A stretch of 64,000 nucleotides of DNA, from the NCBI GenBank assembly GCA_023515725.1, contig JALDTO010000237.1, forward strand, positions 1-64,000, given 5' to 3'. The notes beneath the pieces were generated by a model. The model searched no databases, was not told where the DNA came from, and saw nothing but the letters and a program-made list of their open reading frames with translations. The DNA comes from Amoeboaphelidium protococcarum X5 (lineage: Eukaryota; Fungi; Aphelidiomycota). A program made the position numbers and the translations under genes. Positions 37,139 to 50,405 of this stretch are shown here, in pieces (within the stretch, counting starts at the first letter, position 1; every line of letters begins with the position of its first letter).

Positions 37139-40078
37139 TCACTATTCACCGTTGTGTTTTATCTCATTCTCACTCTACACCTCTTCTTGTTACTCCGACT
37201 TAGTATCCACTTACTAAGGCTCTTCGCTAGGATCAACCTCTGCGTGAACATCGGTGTCCTCTCCAGGCGATTTATCACCATCAGCCACTGCAACTTACGC
37301 CGCTTTTTAATCTCCAGCAACATCAACATCAACATCAGGATGCTCAGTAACTTCATTAGCTGCTGTAGGAGATTATGGTTTTGACTATACAATTTCAACA
37401 GAGGAACCAACAGTCAGGTAATTTTACACCAGACCAGAAAGTCTAATCTTTTGCCATTAAAACAAATCTGTAGATTCTTGAATTAAAGCGGTCAACTTCT
37501 CAGATCCAATACAGCGCTACTACTCTCTCAATGTCGACATGAAAACCCCTCCTGGGGCCACGTACTCCTCGAAGCGAATAAAGCGCTCAGAGGCGAACAT
37601 TAAATTGGACAAAGATTTCAACTGAGCAGAGACAAGACGATAAATCGAATTAAGATAGTCAGCATCTTCATGATCCACCTACAACTCCACAAGATTATTC
37701 AACTCCTTCCTGTAAATGAATAACTGCTTATAATGGATTCGATGACAAAATCGCTTCTCCAAGTACTTACTATAGCATTCCAGAGCTTCATCATACAAGT
37801 GCAGACGCAGCGATAGATCCCCTAACAGCTCCATCTCCAAAGGAGTTCTATCAATCAATTTGCTAGTATAACTATTAGTTTTCGCATCTTTTGATAGTTC
37901 AATATTAATGTTATTATCACTCTTTGGAGAAGATGGGAGCTGATCCAATGACAACTAGCTAGACTGATCTTCTCTCTCAGATTTGTAAGCCTCATAGACA
38001 CGCACATCCTCATACAATACGGTGAATAAGAAATCAAACCATTTCTCACAAACTCTCTTCTATTTCAAGATGTTAGCCACGCTGAGTGTCTACGAACCTC
38101 TCCATTCCTCCAATTTATCCTCATTACTAGAGTCATCATTCAGGTTGATCTCGGACATTTTATCAACAGACGGAGAAGTTACTCCATCTTCGGCATTACT
38201 ACCACCATCAACAGGAGATAAATTTTACGATCCCCCACTCTACTTCTTGACTTCCTCCTCCATCAAAAATGCTTCGCTGCGATACTACAATAGCTTCTCC
38301 CATCCAATCTTCTTCATGATAGTGCAGAGTAGGGAGTACACGCTGCGTATAATATGTCCATTCTAGATATTCAAAACCTCGAGGTTGGCACCTTTTAGAC
38401 TGTAAAGACTTACATCGCACGCATCCCTGTACATTGGCGATAGTGCAAAATAAGTTAGGAAGTCATTCTATAATTATTGCTGAGTGTACAGCACAGAACC
38501 TGGATTGCTGGAATTGTTCAAAGGATGCTCAACAAGGACAAACTACTTGATGTCTTAATCAACCAAAGAAGGAATAGGCGAATCTTCGTTCACGGATACA
38601 GACTTTCGGACTGGAGCGGGCAATTGCTTAAATAAAGAGACTGCGTTATTCCACACCGGGCTCAACTTTTTAAAGACAGACTTATGCTATAATCCACCAC
38701 CGGAACCGCCAATATTCTAGAAACTATTCGCAAAGGGGATCATATTCAATACAATGAGAGCAGTTTTATAATCAGACTAATGGCAAAATGCTCTCGCCAA
38801 ACATATCCAAAGCTGATAATCCGATGGACTAAGCTCAACACAATGCTTCAGTAATTATATCGCATGCTCCGTGTGGCCATCTCTTTGCAACTGAATAGCT
38901 TAAGCTTTTAATACTTCGGGATAGCGCAGCTACGGAGATGCTTTATCTTGCCCATCTTCATCACCCACATTACTACCATTATCTTGACGAGGAGATAGCA
39001 ATGCAGTGCAAAGCTCTTTCATAGCACCGCTAGAATCACCAAGCATTAATTTATAGTGAGCAATGAACTAGGATACTTCTCTATACTCATCCTCAAACTA
39101 ACTAAAGAACTTGATTCCAATCTCATACTATCCAGTGTGTACAAAATACTGATGTAAAGTCTGCGAAAGATAATTTTGAACACCATCTCTCTGATATTAG
39201 ATAGAACTTACTTGAGTCAAATCCGGAAAGCCAATCCTATATCCAAACTTGAACAGATTAGCACAGCTAGCGAGTAAATCTTACAGCTCTTGACTCCTTC
39301 TTCTAGCTTCAGCCTCATACACAAACTAGAAATTCTTCACTGACATTTGAACCGTAATCAGCTACTGATACAAATGATTATATTAACTATCGCCAACATA
39401 CGGAGATAAGACAGCGGTTATAGGATCCGGACTAAGGGGCGATGAGTAAGATATGGACATTGATCTCAGTGCAGCACTAACGTAAGTCTCTTCCCATAAC
39501 AAGTCAGTCATCGCGATTCTCTTATTTCCATGAGGATCTATAGCATAAGATGCCACACCACCTGGAATTCGAACCTCAACGCGAACATCAACTCTGCTAA
39601 ACGCGTTCCATACACAATACGTGCCAAACTTTAATGATTACTTAATATGCTTTATAGCTTTCGACTTGGATTATGCAGATGTAGATCTCGCTGTAGAGGG
39701 TTAATTATCACCAGAATCCGAAGAAGTAAGATAATCTTCAGGCCTTAGCGGTTACAATACATAACTTTCCTACTTGGATTACTACTTTTGCTTTTAAAGA
39801 ACATTAGTTTGTGAATTGGCAGCAGCACTTGCAGCATTCGTCAGATAGACGGCAATTGACGCGGACGATGAACAATCTACACCAGTCACCACGTGGTAAC
39901 TGCCCGATTCAGATGCACCACTGAGAGAGCTGCTAGAATTTCCATTCGGCGCGGACACTTTAACTAAATGTACCAAGTCCGGTGGTCCCAGAGCATTAAA
40001 GTTCTTCATCGCCTCAATTCTAGCAATCAATGCCTCTCCCTTATCTTGCTCATAAAACTCTGTAAATCTGCTGTTCAT
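37139..40078 (-). CDS. Exomer ChAPs-family protein (Bud7/Bch1-like)
   Basis: LGPPDLVHLVK, GSYHVVTGVDCSSSASIAVYL, YCVWNAFSRVDVRVEVRIPGG, ALIVLNMIP, WFDFLF...LYEDVRVY, EMELLGDLSLRL. Confidence 0.9.
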
Positions 40079-40326
40079 TATAACTTAAATGATGATATGA
40101 CGCCAGAATTTGATATTTAATGTCCAAAAGTGAAGTTGATAAATTCAATGTAGAAACGTTGAATAAATGACGAAGAATTAAGCGCGCGTTCGTTCGTTCG
40201 CTCTTGACCGTTCTAAGAAGGCTGTGAATGAAAATCGTCTCGCCTATTGTAGAAGAGAAATTCTAAAAGAGAGCCAATGTACAGTACATACGGAATGCAA
40301 GAGAGGAAATGAATTTTAAGACAATT

Positions 40327-43300
40327 TCATACAATAGGATTAGCAAGTAGAATAGCTCGAGCCTCCTCCATCTAGCCGGACATATAGCAACATTGAGTGT
40401 AAGCATAGATCGCCTCCTTCTTCAAATCATAAGGAGATGTTACGTGGTCATCACTATTATCCATTTTATCGCGATGATCGTTCACTTGACGGTCTCTACT
40501 TGAATGAGGTAAAACACATTCAATGGCTCTCAGAAAATAACCCATCGCCTGACGATAGAGACCGAGAGTTAAATAGAATCTACCAAAGTTATACTCAATC
40601 TCCTGTTACGCAAATACACTTTGCCAAGTCAATCTTCTCTCATCGGCGTAATCGCACATATATGCCAGAGCATTAGCAATTAGAGTGTGTCTATTAAACC
40701 CAGTATTCTTCTGCATAGATCTATGGAGTAGGCAAAGTGCAATATTGAGCAGAATTAAAGCTTTACAATTTATTTATGGGGATGATGACTACAATTGATT
40801 ACTATTGTTACCATCTTCAATACTAGATGCCTACTAATTCAGAGCATCATTATTCGCGCGGTACCAATCCAAAGTCTTGCAGTAACGATGCAGAGCTTAA
40901 ACTTGAAAGTTATTGCTGGCATTAAATCCTGCTAGTAGACAACTCATGTAAGGATCGCTCCAATTGTTATCCCTGCAGAAACGCTGTAAAGACCTCATAA
41001 AGACATTATCACGTTGATACTCTGATTGAATATCGGCAGGCAGTGCAGATATAACGTAAGAGTGTATGGATAGTGGGAAAGATTGCTGTGGACACTAATC
41101 CATAAGATCCCTGATAATTTTAACAATTTTAGACATATAGAGATTAGTGGCAGGTCCAACAGATTGTTACTAAGTACTCAAGGTGCAATTATACTTGATA
41201 GCCTGGACGTATAGTGACACTTCGAGGAATGTGGTCATCAATGTCCTATCTTGAATTACACTATCATTAGACTTTAGAAAAGAGACTACAACCAATGCCG
41301 TTGAAACTAGCGATTAGACATCAATAGTAAAGGATTGTCTGGTTGCCGCTTAAATTACAGCTACCGTAATAGAGAGGAAATTATGGAATGACTGCCCCCA
41401 CTACTCCAGCGAGAGGCCAGAGTAAAGCTCCAACTTGCGACCACTACCATCTGGATTAAGTATAACAGTGTCTTCAGCGTACTTTGAATTAAACAGATTC
41501 TTATGCTTAGCGAAAAAATTCACAAACTCCTCAAATTCGGCAAACTGCTCAGATTCGGTGATATCTTGCAGCAGCACGGCATCAAATTATTAAGCCTTCC
41601 ACTGAGCCAGCTATCGAGCAGTGTCCTAATTCTTTTAAACTGACTATAGCATCAGTTCGGTATTCTGAGCAAAAGCCTCAGCAGCATTAACGGATGATTA
41701 TTTACTTTTAGTTTCGGCGTTCTTGTCACCCTCTTTCCACCTGTTAGATCGACGCTTCCTTTGACTTTGATTATTATTAGTCTTTAAGATACCAGCCTTC
41801 TTTAGAGAGCGAAGAGCGATTTTGGTCATTGGCACGGAATTTTACAACTACTGCTATGACTGCACATCAGACGTATCTATTAAATCGCCTAAATTAATAG
41901 TAGTGTCTTCACTAGCCATCAGATCAGTCCACAACTTTTGACACATCGCGGACATTTGGTCATATCGGGCATTTCTCTTCACCTGTTGCACACTGATGAC
42001 TTGTGCCTTGTTCTTCAAAGCTCCCTACCGGATAGCTTGGGCATTGATACTTTAGCCCAACAGGTCATATAATTCAGCCATAATCAACTTGATATCTTTA
42101 GAATAATGGTACACACATAGAGACATATCATAATACTACAATGCTTCCTCGTACGCATGATTGTCACCTATAGCTTGATAATATTCAGCCAAAATGACCC
42201 AAGACGATGGTGTATTGTACGGATTCTGATCATTCTCGGTAAGATTGAGTACAGGTTTAAACACATCGATAGCATCATGAGGCTTCTTCAATGCAGACAA
42301 TACCTGAGACATGACCAGACGAATTGAATATTAATGCTAGCATGATAAGTCTTCAACTATACTTTCAAATTACTACTAAGAATACTTTACAGATTTACTA
42401 CAGACTAGTCCAATTAGACGTTTTGCTTTCAATCGCTTACCAATAAGAGGTACAAGATTATCGATTTTCACTTTGATAACCGACTCGGCATTCCTTAACA
42501 GGGGAGTCACTTTAGCATACATGCCAGCTTCAAAATACGCGTCAACCAGAGCTTCAATATGTATCCAATTCAACGCAACCACGCGTTTTGGCTTCTTTTT
42601 ATCTGGCTAACTAGTGATCATCTTTGAATGGAGCCTCATATTACGGAATAACTCATACCTATGAAAAGATGAAACCAGATAAAAGCACTACTCCAACCTA
42701 TCCACGGCCAATTATGGCTCCCAAATCATCAAATAAAGCTTGGACATATGAACAGCCAGCTCAATATCATACGGACGATTTTCAGCTACAATGCGGTAAT
42801 TATCCAGTGCCCGCTTGTACTTCTTCATGTCTTCGTGAATGGTGGCGCGGTCCATGAACAACTCCATATCATCACCATTGGACCTGATAGCCTTAGTCAA
42901 GCACGCCAGTGCCTTCTCACGCATATCATCATCGCCCTACTCCATATACAAATAGGCAAGTCGCTTCCATAGCATCGTATCTGAGGACTTGATAGTTGCA
43001 GCAATTTCATACAATCTGATAGCCTCCTCGATACTTCCCTCTTCCTCTTCAATCATGCCCATCTGTTGGAAAGCCTCCGCACACTAAGGATACTATGTAA
43101 TCAGTTGCTGCAAATATACTCTGGATTATACGTAATCTCCCTCTAAAAAGAAATCCTAAGCTCGCTGTAATAAATGACGACCCTCTGGTGGTAGCTTTGG
43201 TTAATTTGAAGACTAGCTACTTTTAGCTTTACGACGCGATAAAGATTAATCCATCTCCAAGTCGAGTTCTTGAAGATCACGCAGATGATCTTCCACGTCT

Positions 43301-43788
43301 TCCATATCTTCTTACTCATCGACGGCATATCCCATACTTGAAGACTGATGTAAAGAAGTAGCCGCCATCGCAGCCCAGCTATCAACATTCTCATAATCCA
43401 TATTGTCATCGCCATTAACATTGAGTGCCGACTAATCGCCAATGTTTCCACCATCTGGCGGCTGCAAATTCAGATTACGTTAAAATCTTACGCGTTTCTT
43501 TGGCTTAAATACTCTTTGGCTCTATGACTACTTCTATTGCCGCACATTAGATGGTGATTATTATTGAAATGAAGCATTAACAAATAGACTCTGAGATGTA
43601 CCTTCAAATTCATTGTAATCAATCTCTTCTTATACTTGATACTCACTATCCACATTAGCAATCGAGGTGTCATTCAGCTCATCCAGAATGTCCAATGCAT
43701 CATGGCCCTGGATGAAATGGTCGCCATCGATATCACTGACTAACAATCTAGATAAACTCTCATCTAATTCACCATTAAACTAATCCAT
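40327..43788 (-). CDS. GTF3C3: RNA polymerase III transcription factor TFIIIC TPR subunit (Tfc4/tau131)
   Basis: Acidic N-terminus, then KLPPEGRHLLQRAQDFFLEGD and a TPR array. C-terminus YDLKKEAIYAYTQCCYMSGQMEEARAIL. Confidence 0.85.
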
Positions 43789-44314
43789 TCTAATTAAAAC
43801 AAATTATAACAACAGCAGACAAGACACGATAAATCAATTTTCAAACGGACAGAGATCAAGTCTTTATATATTTTTTCTTCATCTTCAAGACAAAGGACAT
43901 CGCCCCTGTAAAGTTTCTCTCTCGTTCGCTCGCTTGAAACTAAAATCGTAACGACGCGTTATTACATTGCATTAACGTTTTAAATCACAATTGATACTCG
44001 GTGACTAAATACGCTCTAAGGTATAGTGAATAATCTTTAAAAGTGTCTTTATTAAGAGATTTTCTTCAACTTCTAATTACGGCTCTAAGATAAGTCTTTG
44101 TCCACTCGCTGTTATTAAAAGTTAAGATTATAACTTCGCGTGGTTCATCCAAAGCCGTTTCAGCCGATAACACACCAACGGTTGAATTCAGCCGCTCTTG
44201 CACAAGAAAGCAGTTGATATCGACCAATTTAGGCTTTGCGCGGTCAAACTAGTGAGAAGTATAAAGTTTGACCGCGCGGTTTGAAACTTAAAATATTGAT
44301 TATAAAAAATTTAT

Positions 44315-45400
44315 TCAGTACTTGGTTTATTTACCATATGCCTTAATACACTCGGTTAGTCTATTGTATACACTAGTAGCAAGGTTCTTGCACAGCTCCT
44401 CATCGATTTCATCCCATACAGCGAACACCTGATCGATTAACTCATCGCGGGTCATGGGGACACCATACTTTTTATCTCTCTTCCTTTTAAGGATGGCCCA
44501 CAGGTTCTCTATAGGGTTCAAATCCGGACTTGAGCTGGCCAGTCCAATGTTTGGACCCCCTACTGCTTCAAATAGTCCATGACCCTCATCGCCTTATGAC
44601 AAGGGACATTGTCCTGCATAAAGGTCAAATCGAACCCGTGAACTTCCTTGGCAGCATCGATCTCAGGTATGACAAACTCCTCTAAGATTTAAAGGTAATA
44701 ATCTGCATTCATGTTATCATCTAGAGCCACCAGACCGAAGAAGCTAAAACACCCCCAAAACATCACCGAAAAACCACCCGCTTGAACTTAAAGGTTTAAG
44801 GGCCTCTAATCCTCCGGAGTACTTGAGTGTACCCACATATGCACTTCTCTATCCTTGGGGATCTTCCTGAACGTAGTTTCGTCCGACCAAAGGATCTGCA
44901 TCCACCACTAATCTTCCTCAAGCACTCCATTCTTGCAAAACTGCAGTCTTTTGGCAATATTACGCTCAGAAATGAGCTACTTCTTCAATTTAATGTATTG
45001 GTACCCAGTGCGCGCCAAATACTTGCTGATGGCAGTGCGCTTAACAGCGCGTTCTCCAGGCTGCAAATGGTTAGGGAGCTCTCTTTCAATGTCTCTGATG
45101 GTCCATGAGGGATTCTCATCCCTAAGACGTTTTATTGTCCGGCCTACGTTGCCATCCGTTGCGCGCTTAATGATCACCGGCTTCTCGCCTAACTCCTCTA
45201 TCTCGCGCTTACGGTACCAATATGACTTAATGGTGGACAGTGGAACTTTCAAATACTCTGCTATTTGATTAAATGAGTAATTAAAATCTTTTAAAGCCTA
45301 AATTTGGCCTTTTTAGAAGTCATTTAGTCTATTATTATCCAAGTTTTCAATTATGTTTTTGTCAGTGCTCTCTTTGGTTTCACGCGGAAGGTAGTTTGCA
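44315..45400 (-). mobile_element. Tc1/mariner DD34E transposase, frameshifted remnant
   Basis: HTH (QIAEYLKVPLSTIKS), ILWSDE, VMFWGCFS, FMQDN...WPAQ/SPDLNPIENLW with a 1-nt deletion near 44530. Ends GKQTKY*. No in-frame ATG. Confidence 0.9.
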
Positions 45401-45538
45401 TGCGTTTATTAATCTTTTAGCGTCTGAAAAGTAAGTTTATGGTCAGAGTAAGAATTACTTCATGTCAACTATGTACCTTTATTCATTTATTCGTTCAATT
45501 CATCATAAATTATTATACTACCCAATAGATTCATTTAA

Positions 45539-47410
45539 TCAAACCAAAGCAACTACGGCCGATGCGACCAAAGCAAAAGCAGAGATCTTCACGGAAGTAG
45601 CACTAGACATTGAGTATCCCAAAGAGTCACCAGTCGCGGAATCACAAGGCTCACCATTAGTCGATGGAGACTTCTTATTGTTACCAGTGTTCTGTGGATG
45701 TGACTGAGCTGGAGAAGCGGCAACCGGAGAATTACCATAAGCCAGAGGATTCTCCTTGCTAGGCAACATGGTTGGGCATTAAGAGAGAGGGCTTTCAGCA
45801 GCCTTAGGAGCTGGAGGAGCAGTGTTCTTGCCCATAACCAGAGATGGAGCTTACTTGGAAGCAGCTTGCAGTGCATTCTTGGCAGCGCAAATGTTCTTCA
45901 GCTCAGTGATCTGTTACTCTGCCATCTTGGATGCCTGGTCAGCGGTGGAGCATCTTCTTAGACAGTGGTTGAAGCAGGCCTTCTATTCCTGTTCAATACC
46001 GCAATCAAACTTAGCGTTAACAATTCCCTAACATGCTCTGTTCTCAGTGCTTGGTGCTGGTAGAGGAGCTGCTGGACGAGGAGTGTAAGCTGGAGCATTT
46101 GGCTGAGGAGCTGCTGGTGATTATGGGCTATGCGAAGGAGGCTAAGATGGATTAGGAGTTGGGCCTGGGGCAGGAGATGGATGTGCAGGTGAAGGCGAAG
46201 GATGTGCAGGAGATGGTACAGGAGAAGGGGACGGATGCGAAGGCACAGGAGATGGAGTTGGATGGACAGGAGAAGGAGAAGGAGATGGGTGTGCTGGTGC
46301 AGGAGATGGGGAAGGAGTAGAAGGAGTCTTGTGCTCCACTGGAGTACTGGTAGGATGGACGGTGGATGACTTGATGAGAGTGGTAGACGATGGACATGTC
46401 AGAGCAGGAATATCACATCTGTGATATGTGGAATCCAATGCAGGACATGAGTGACCCTTGACCAGACAGCCCAACAGATTACGATTCCAGTCAGACACGG
46501 TGGCCTTACAAGAATCCAAACTATTACAGTCATTGTCCTTCTTACCATCGTAGTTTCCACAGACACCAGTCAGACCAGTACCTTTTAGTGCAGGACTGAT
46601 CACAGTCTTGACATCCAGAAAAAAGCCAGGATGAGTCCAACCCTCAGGCTACCAGCTTTTCATTGCAATTTCCACATATGCGAAACCGTTGACACTGATT
46701 ACTTGAACGTTACTCTTTGTAGAGTTAATCTTCAAAGCATTGCCCTCTCTGAAGTTTTGTACACGAAGGAACAAATGGCCGTCAGTACCATTCTAGATGT
46801 CGGCCACAATTACATTATCCCAGAAGGAGACGGCAGCAGCACTAACACAGGTTTTGTTGTTGAAGCATTCATCAAAGCGACCCTGCACAGTAAAGTACTG
46901 GTTTTTGACCATGGTGAAAGTATTCAGAGAATCATTATGCTAGTCAACATAGATGTTGGCAGGCTGTACATCGAAAGTGGATGCGCCATCAAAGTTATCA
47001 ACATGTGGATCACCCCAGACATTACAGGTGGCGGCATCTTTTCCCAATTCAGGCTCGGTGACATCCATAGAGATATCATGCTTCTTACCACATGGAGTCT
47101 AATAACTCAAATCACAAGCAGTAGTCTTGTCGTCAATCAGTCGGACCAGCAGCTGTTGAGGATGATTGTAGTTGTGCTTGTTGAACGTAAGCTAGCACTT
47201 GTTCACATCAAGCTTCTTACTAGAGAAGTAGACAGTGAAATTATCATCAGCAGGAGCAGAATCCAAAGTCACAGGAATGATCTTGCCATACTTGCCAATA
47301 GTAGTGGTGGAGAAACCTTCTTGAGTACCAATAATGACATTCTATGCCAGCACATTGACACTAGACGCGATGAGACACGCAGTTACAAATACACCAGACG
47401 TTGAGATCAT
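45539..47410 (-). CDS. Secreted, GPI-anchored VWD-domain protein with Pro/Ser/His-rich linker (623 aa)
   Basis: Signal peptide. CNVWGDPHVDNFDG...TGVCGNYDGKKDND (VWD). (PSPSPAH)n linker, Cys-rich domain, C-terminal S-S-A plus hydrophobic tail. Confidence 0.82.
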
Positions 47411-48475
47411 TTTCTATTTAATTTATATAATGGAGGATTGGTTTAGTTTATAAATGCAAATATGAAAGGGAGGAAGAGAAGAGGATATCCAGATCCGCAA
47501 CTTTATAGCTCCACCATAGCTGCCGAATACTGTAACAGCGTAACTTTAACGTTACATCTCGTGGTGTTGTGACCAGCAATCAGTCCAATCAGAGATCCCA
47601 ATGCGAGCACTTTGTGCAACAACGTTACAACGTTATAGTCGCACCGATTTTTACTCTCAATTTAATGAGATGGAAACGGCAAACCGCTCGCCCACAAGTC
47701 CCTTTCACACAGTAATCAGCAATGTGGGTCTGATTAGAATTCCTAATCAGATTCCCCTTTCGTATTTGCTCTGTCAATACTGTAATTACAGTACTGCACG
47801 ACAGTCACAAAGTTCCCGCTTGCTACATGATTACCGTGCTTCCGTAGAAATGCTTCGAAACATCCCAATTCGAGAAGATCAGCGAGCCAAAACAGAGATC
47901 ATTGACAAATCCTACACGTATGGTTATGAACAAATCTAGACAGACAAAATGTAAAACTTGACCTTCATAATAGCATCCATTAATTTTAGGCATGTGTACA
48001 GTTAGAAGAAACTAATGAGAAGAGAGAGAAGAGAGCTTTAGATATGGCAGCGCCAGCGCAAGATCAAACTGGTCAGTGATGAGATCATTGTTCGAATCAC
48101 TCAAACGTAAAGTTGACAGCCTTATGACTGACGCGCCGACAGTAAACAGTTAATGCAAGGCGGGGCACAGAGCACAGCAGTGGAGACACCAGAAGATTAG
48201 GAAACACAGCCCGGATGAGCATACAAGCTCGGAGAGAAGACACAGCTTCACATTCACTCATTATATTCACTAAACTCATGTTAATCGGTCTATCTAGGAA
48301 AGAGGCGTGTCTCCTTTGATCACTCCTTGATGGACTCAACTCTCACAACCTTCGACACATTCCACTCGTCTAACATCAAGCCTTGTCGATCACCATGGCG
48401 TGTTGATCTCGCCTCTCTTCTATTTTATTTCGAACAAATCGCGCAGTTGAAACAATATCAGAATTAGACTAAATT

Positions 48476-50314
48476 ATGAACTTTTTGTAATAGATAAGTA
48501 AAGCCTTGACGCCTGGTTCAAATTCTTCTAAAATTCAGCGACAGTCTACCAAGCAGAGTCAAGTTAATTTGCTGTTAAATGAACAGGATGATGAAAGCGG
48601 CCAAGTGCCTAGAGTCAGGAGTAAGGCAAGTAGAGCCATGTCACTTAATGAATTGCAAAGTTAACCACATCCAGCACCGGCGCCCAAGATTACGCCTATC
48701 ATGAAAGCGAATGTCGCAGTAGTAGATAAGTAGTCTTCTGACAGTATTATCCAACTGAGACGCTCCGAAGAGAATCTACTTGAAGGTGGTCAGGTCCAAG
48801 TTATCAAACCAATACCTTTGCAAGCGAAGCAGTCTTCCTCCTACTCATAGCATTAAGTCAAGTCTTCAGGCGTAAGTGTGAGTAGTTCAATCAATGAGGC
48901 TATTTTTTAAAAGAGATTAGAAGAGTAGCGATAATAAGCTCTGTTGCAGGTGAGTAAAATGTCGATGGGTTCTCAGAATTTGGAAAGAGCGAAGACTCTG
49001 GTGTAATCAGATAATATGGTAACTTTTGATTTGGGACATAACTAGAGCTTTGATATCTAAAAAGAATTAGTTTTGGATTATGGAGATGTCAAGCTACTCC
49101 ATCTAATTGAGTCTCAAGATCATTAAGAATTCCATCTGGGGCAATGTCTATCACCATCCGCGGCCAAGTACAATAATATTCTCATCCCTCAAAATAAAGT
49201 CCTAGTGAAGATGCTCATACCTAAAAGGAACGAATCTTCAGAGATATTTAGGCGTAGATGTTTAACAGAATTGATGATATTGTCGCAGTTGAGTAATACC
49301 AGGAGTAAGTATGGCAGTAGAGTCAGCAAGTTGATCGGATGCAGTGATGTTGCAGTTGCTCAAGATTTCATTCTCATGGTCACACCTATTTACATCTGGT
49401 AGTTAATAGACTTTCTGCAGCATATGCATTAGAATTACAATGCTCTGGTGGCGCGTAATCCTGATTGTCTTATTGGATATAGAACTTTTATCCTCAATGC
49501 CATGCTATGCTCACTGTCCGCCCTGGAAGAGATTCACAAACTGGGATTCGTTCATAATGGCATTAATCCATTTAGTTTCAAAGTTGAGATGATAAGTGAT
49601 CTTAACTAGTCTCAAGTACGTGGAAAGTCTACAAGCGAGTAATATCGTGTGGTGCTATGTGATTTCAGTTTGGTTGAGTGGAAATACGCTTCTGGTAATG
49701 AGGCCACTTTCTAAATGCCTGGTACGGAGCAGTTACTCGAACAGTAACCTCTGTATCATGTTCCATATTTTGCACCGGAAAAGTTCAAGGCTGGGAATCT
49801 ATTCACTAATCTATCTAAAAATGCACCTACACATTTGATATAGATTAGAGATCGGGCAATAAAGTTGGATTAGAAGGCTGATCTCTTCAGTTGGGCCTCA
49901 CTTTGTTATTACCTGCTGGAATTATAGCATCCATTTTGTGAAGATAATCAAATTGAGATGGAGAGTTTCTTCAAATTGCTCATCCGTAATGCGATCATAA
50001 ATGGGGACATCCCGCAATGGTCTGGCCGGCCTTAGTAGTTTATAGACCTATCCGATTACGACCGCGCTTAGAACAACTGCTCATTTCTCCTGGATTTGAT
50101 TGAGAGCTGCTGGAGAGTGGATCCGAATTAGCGGGCAGATGTCTCCACTACTTTATAACAGTTGACTCAATTTTGTGTTCGATTAAATAATCCTCCGCGA
50201 TTTACACGTATGAATTCTGGTAACTCCTCTCAGTAATCTTCTCTATTACAAAACAAATAGCGATAATAAAAGCCTCAATCGTTTAAAGAAAGAGCTAAGC
50301 GACATTTAGCGTGA
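48476..50314 (+). CDS. Protein kinase-like protein, probable pseudokinase
   Basis: VLVK, IHKLGFVHNGIN (no catalytic Asp), LCDFS, YFAPE, KADLFSW, SCWRVDPNQR. No GxGxxG. Confidence 0.8.
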
Positions 50315-50405
50315 TCATGGTGATGAAATATATGAGGGATATTGATGACAGTGATTATGATACTAAGAGAAAGTTGGATGCCAGTTAATAAATGTAAATT
50401 ATATA

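Noticed and set aside
46631-47404. 257-aa plus-strand ORF (longest in the track)
   Set aside because: It is an antisense shadow of the VWD gene on the minus strand.
47601-48339. Short ORFs between the VWD and pseudokinase genes
   Set aside because: No motifs, and the region is a divergent promoter region, so there is insufficient support.
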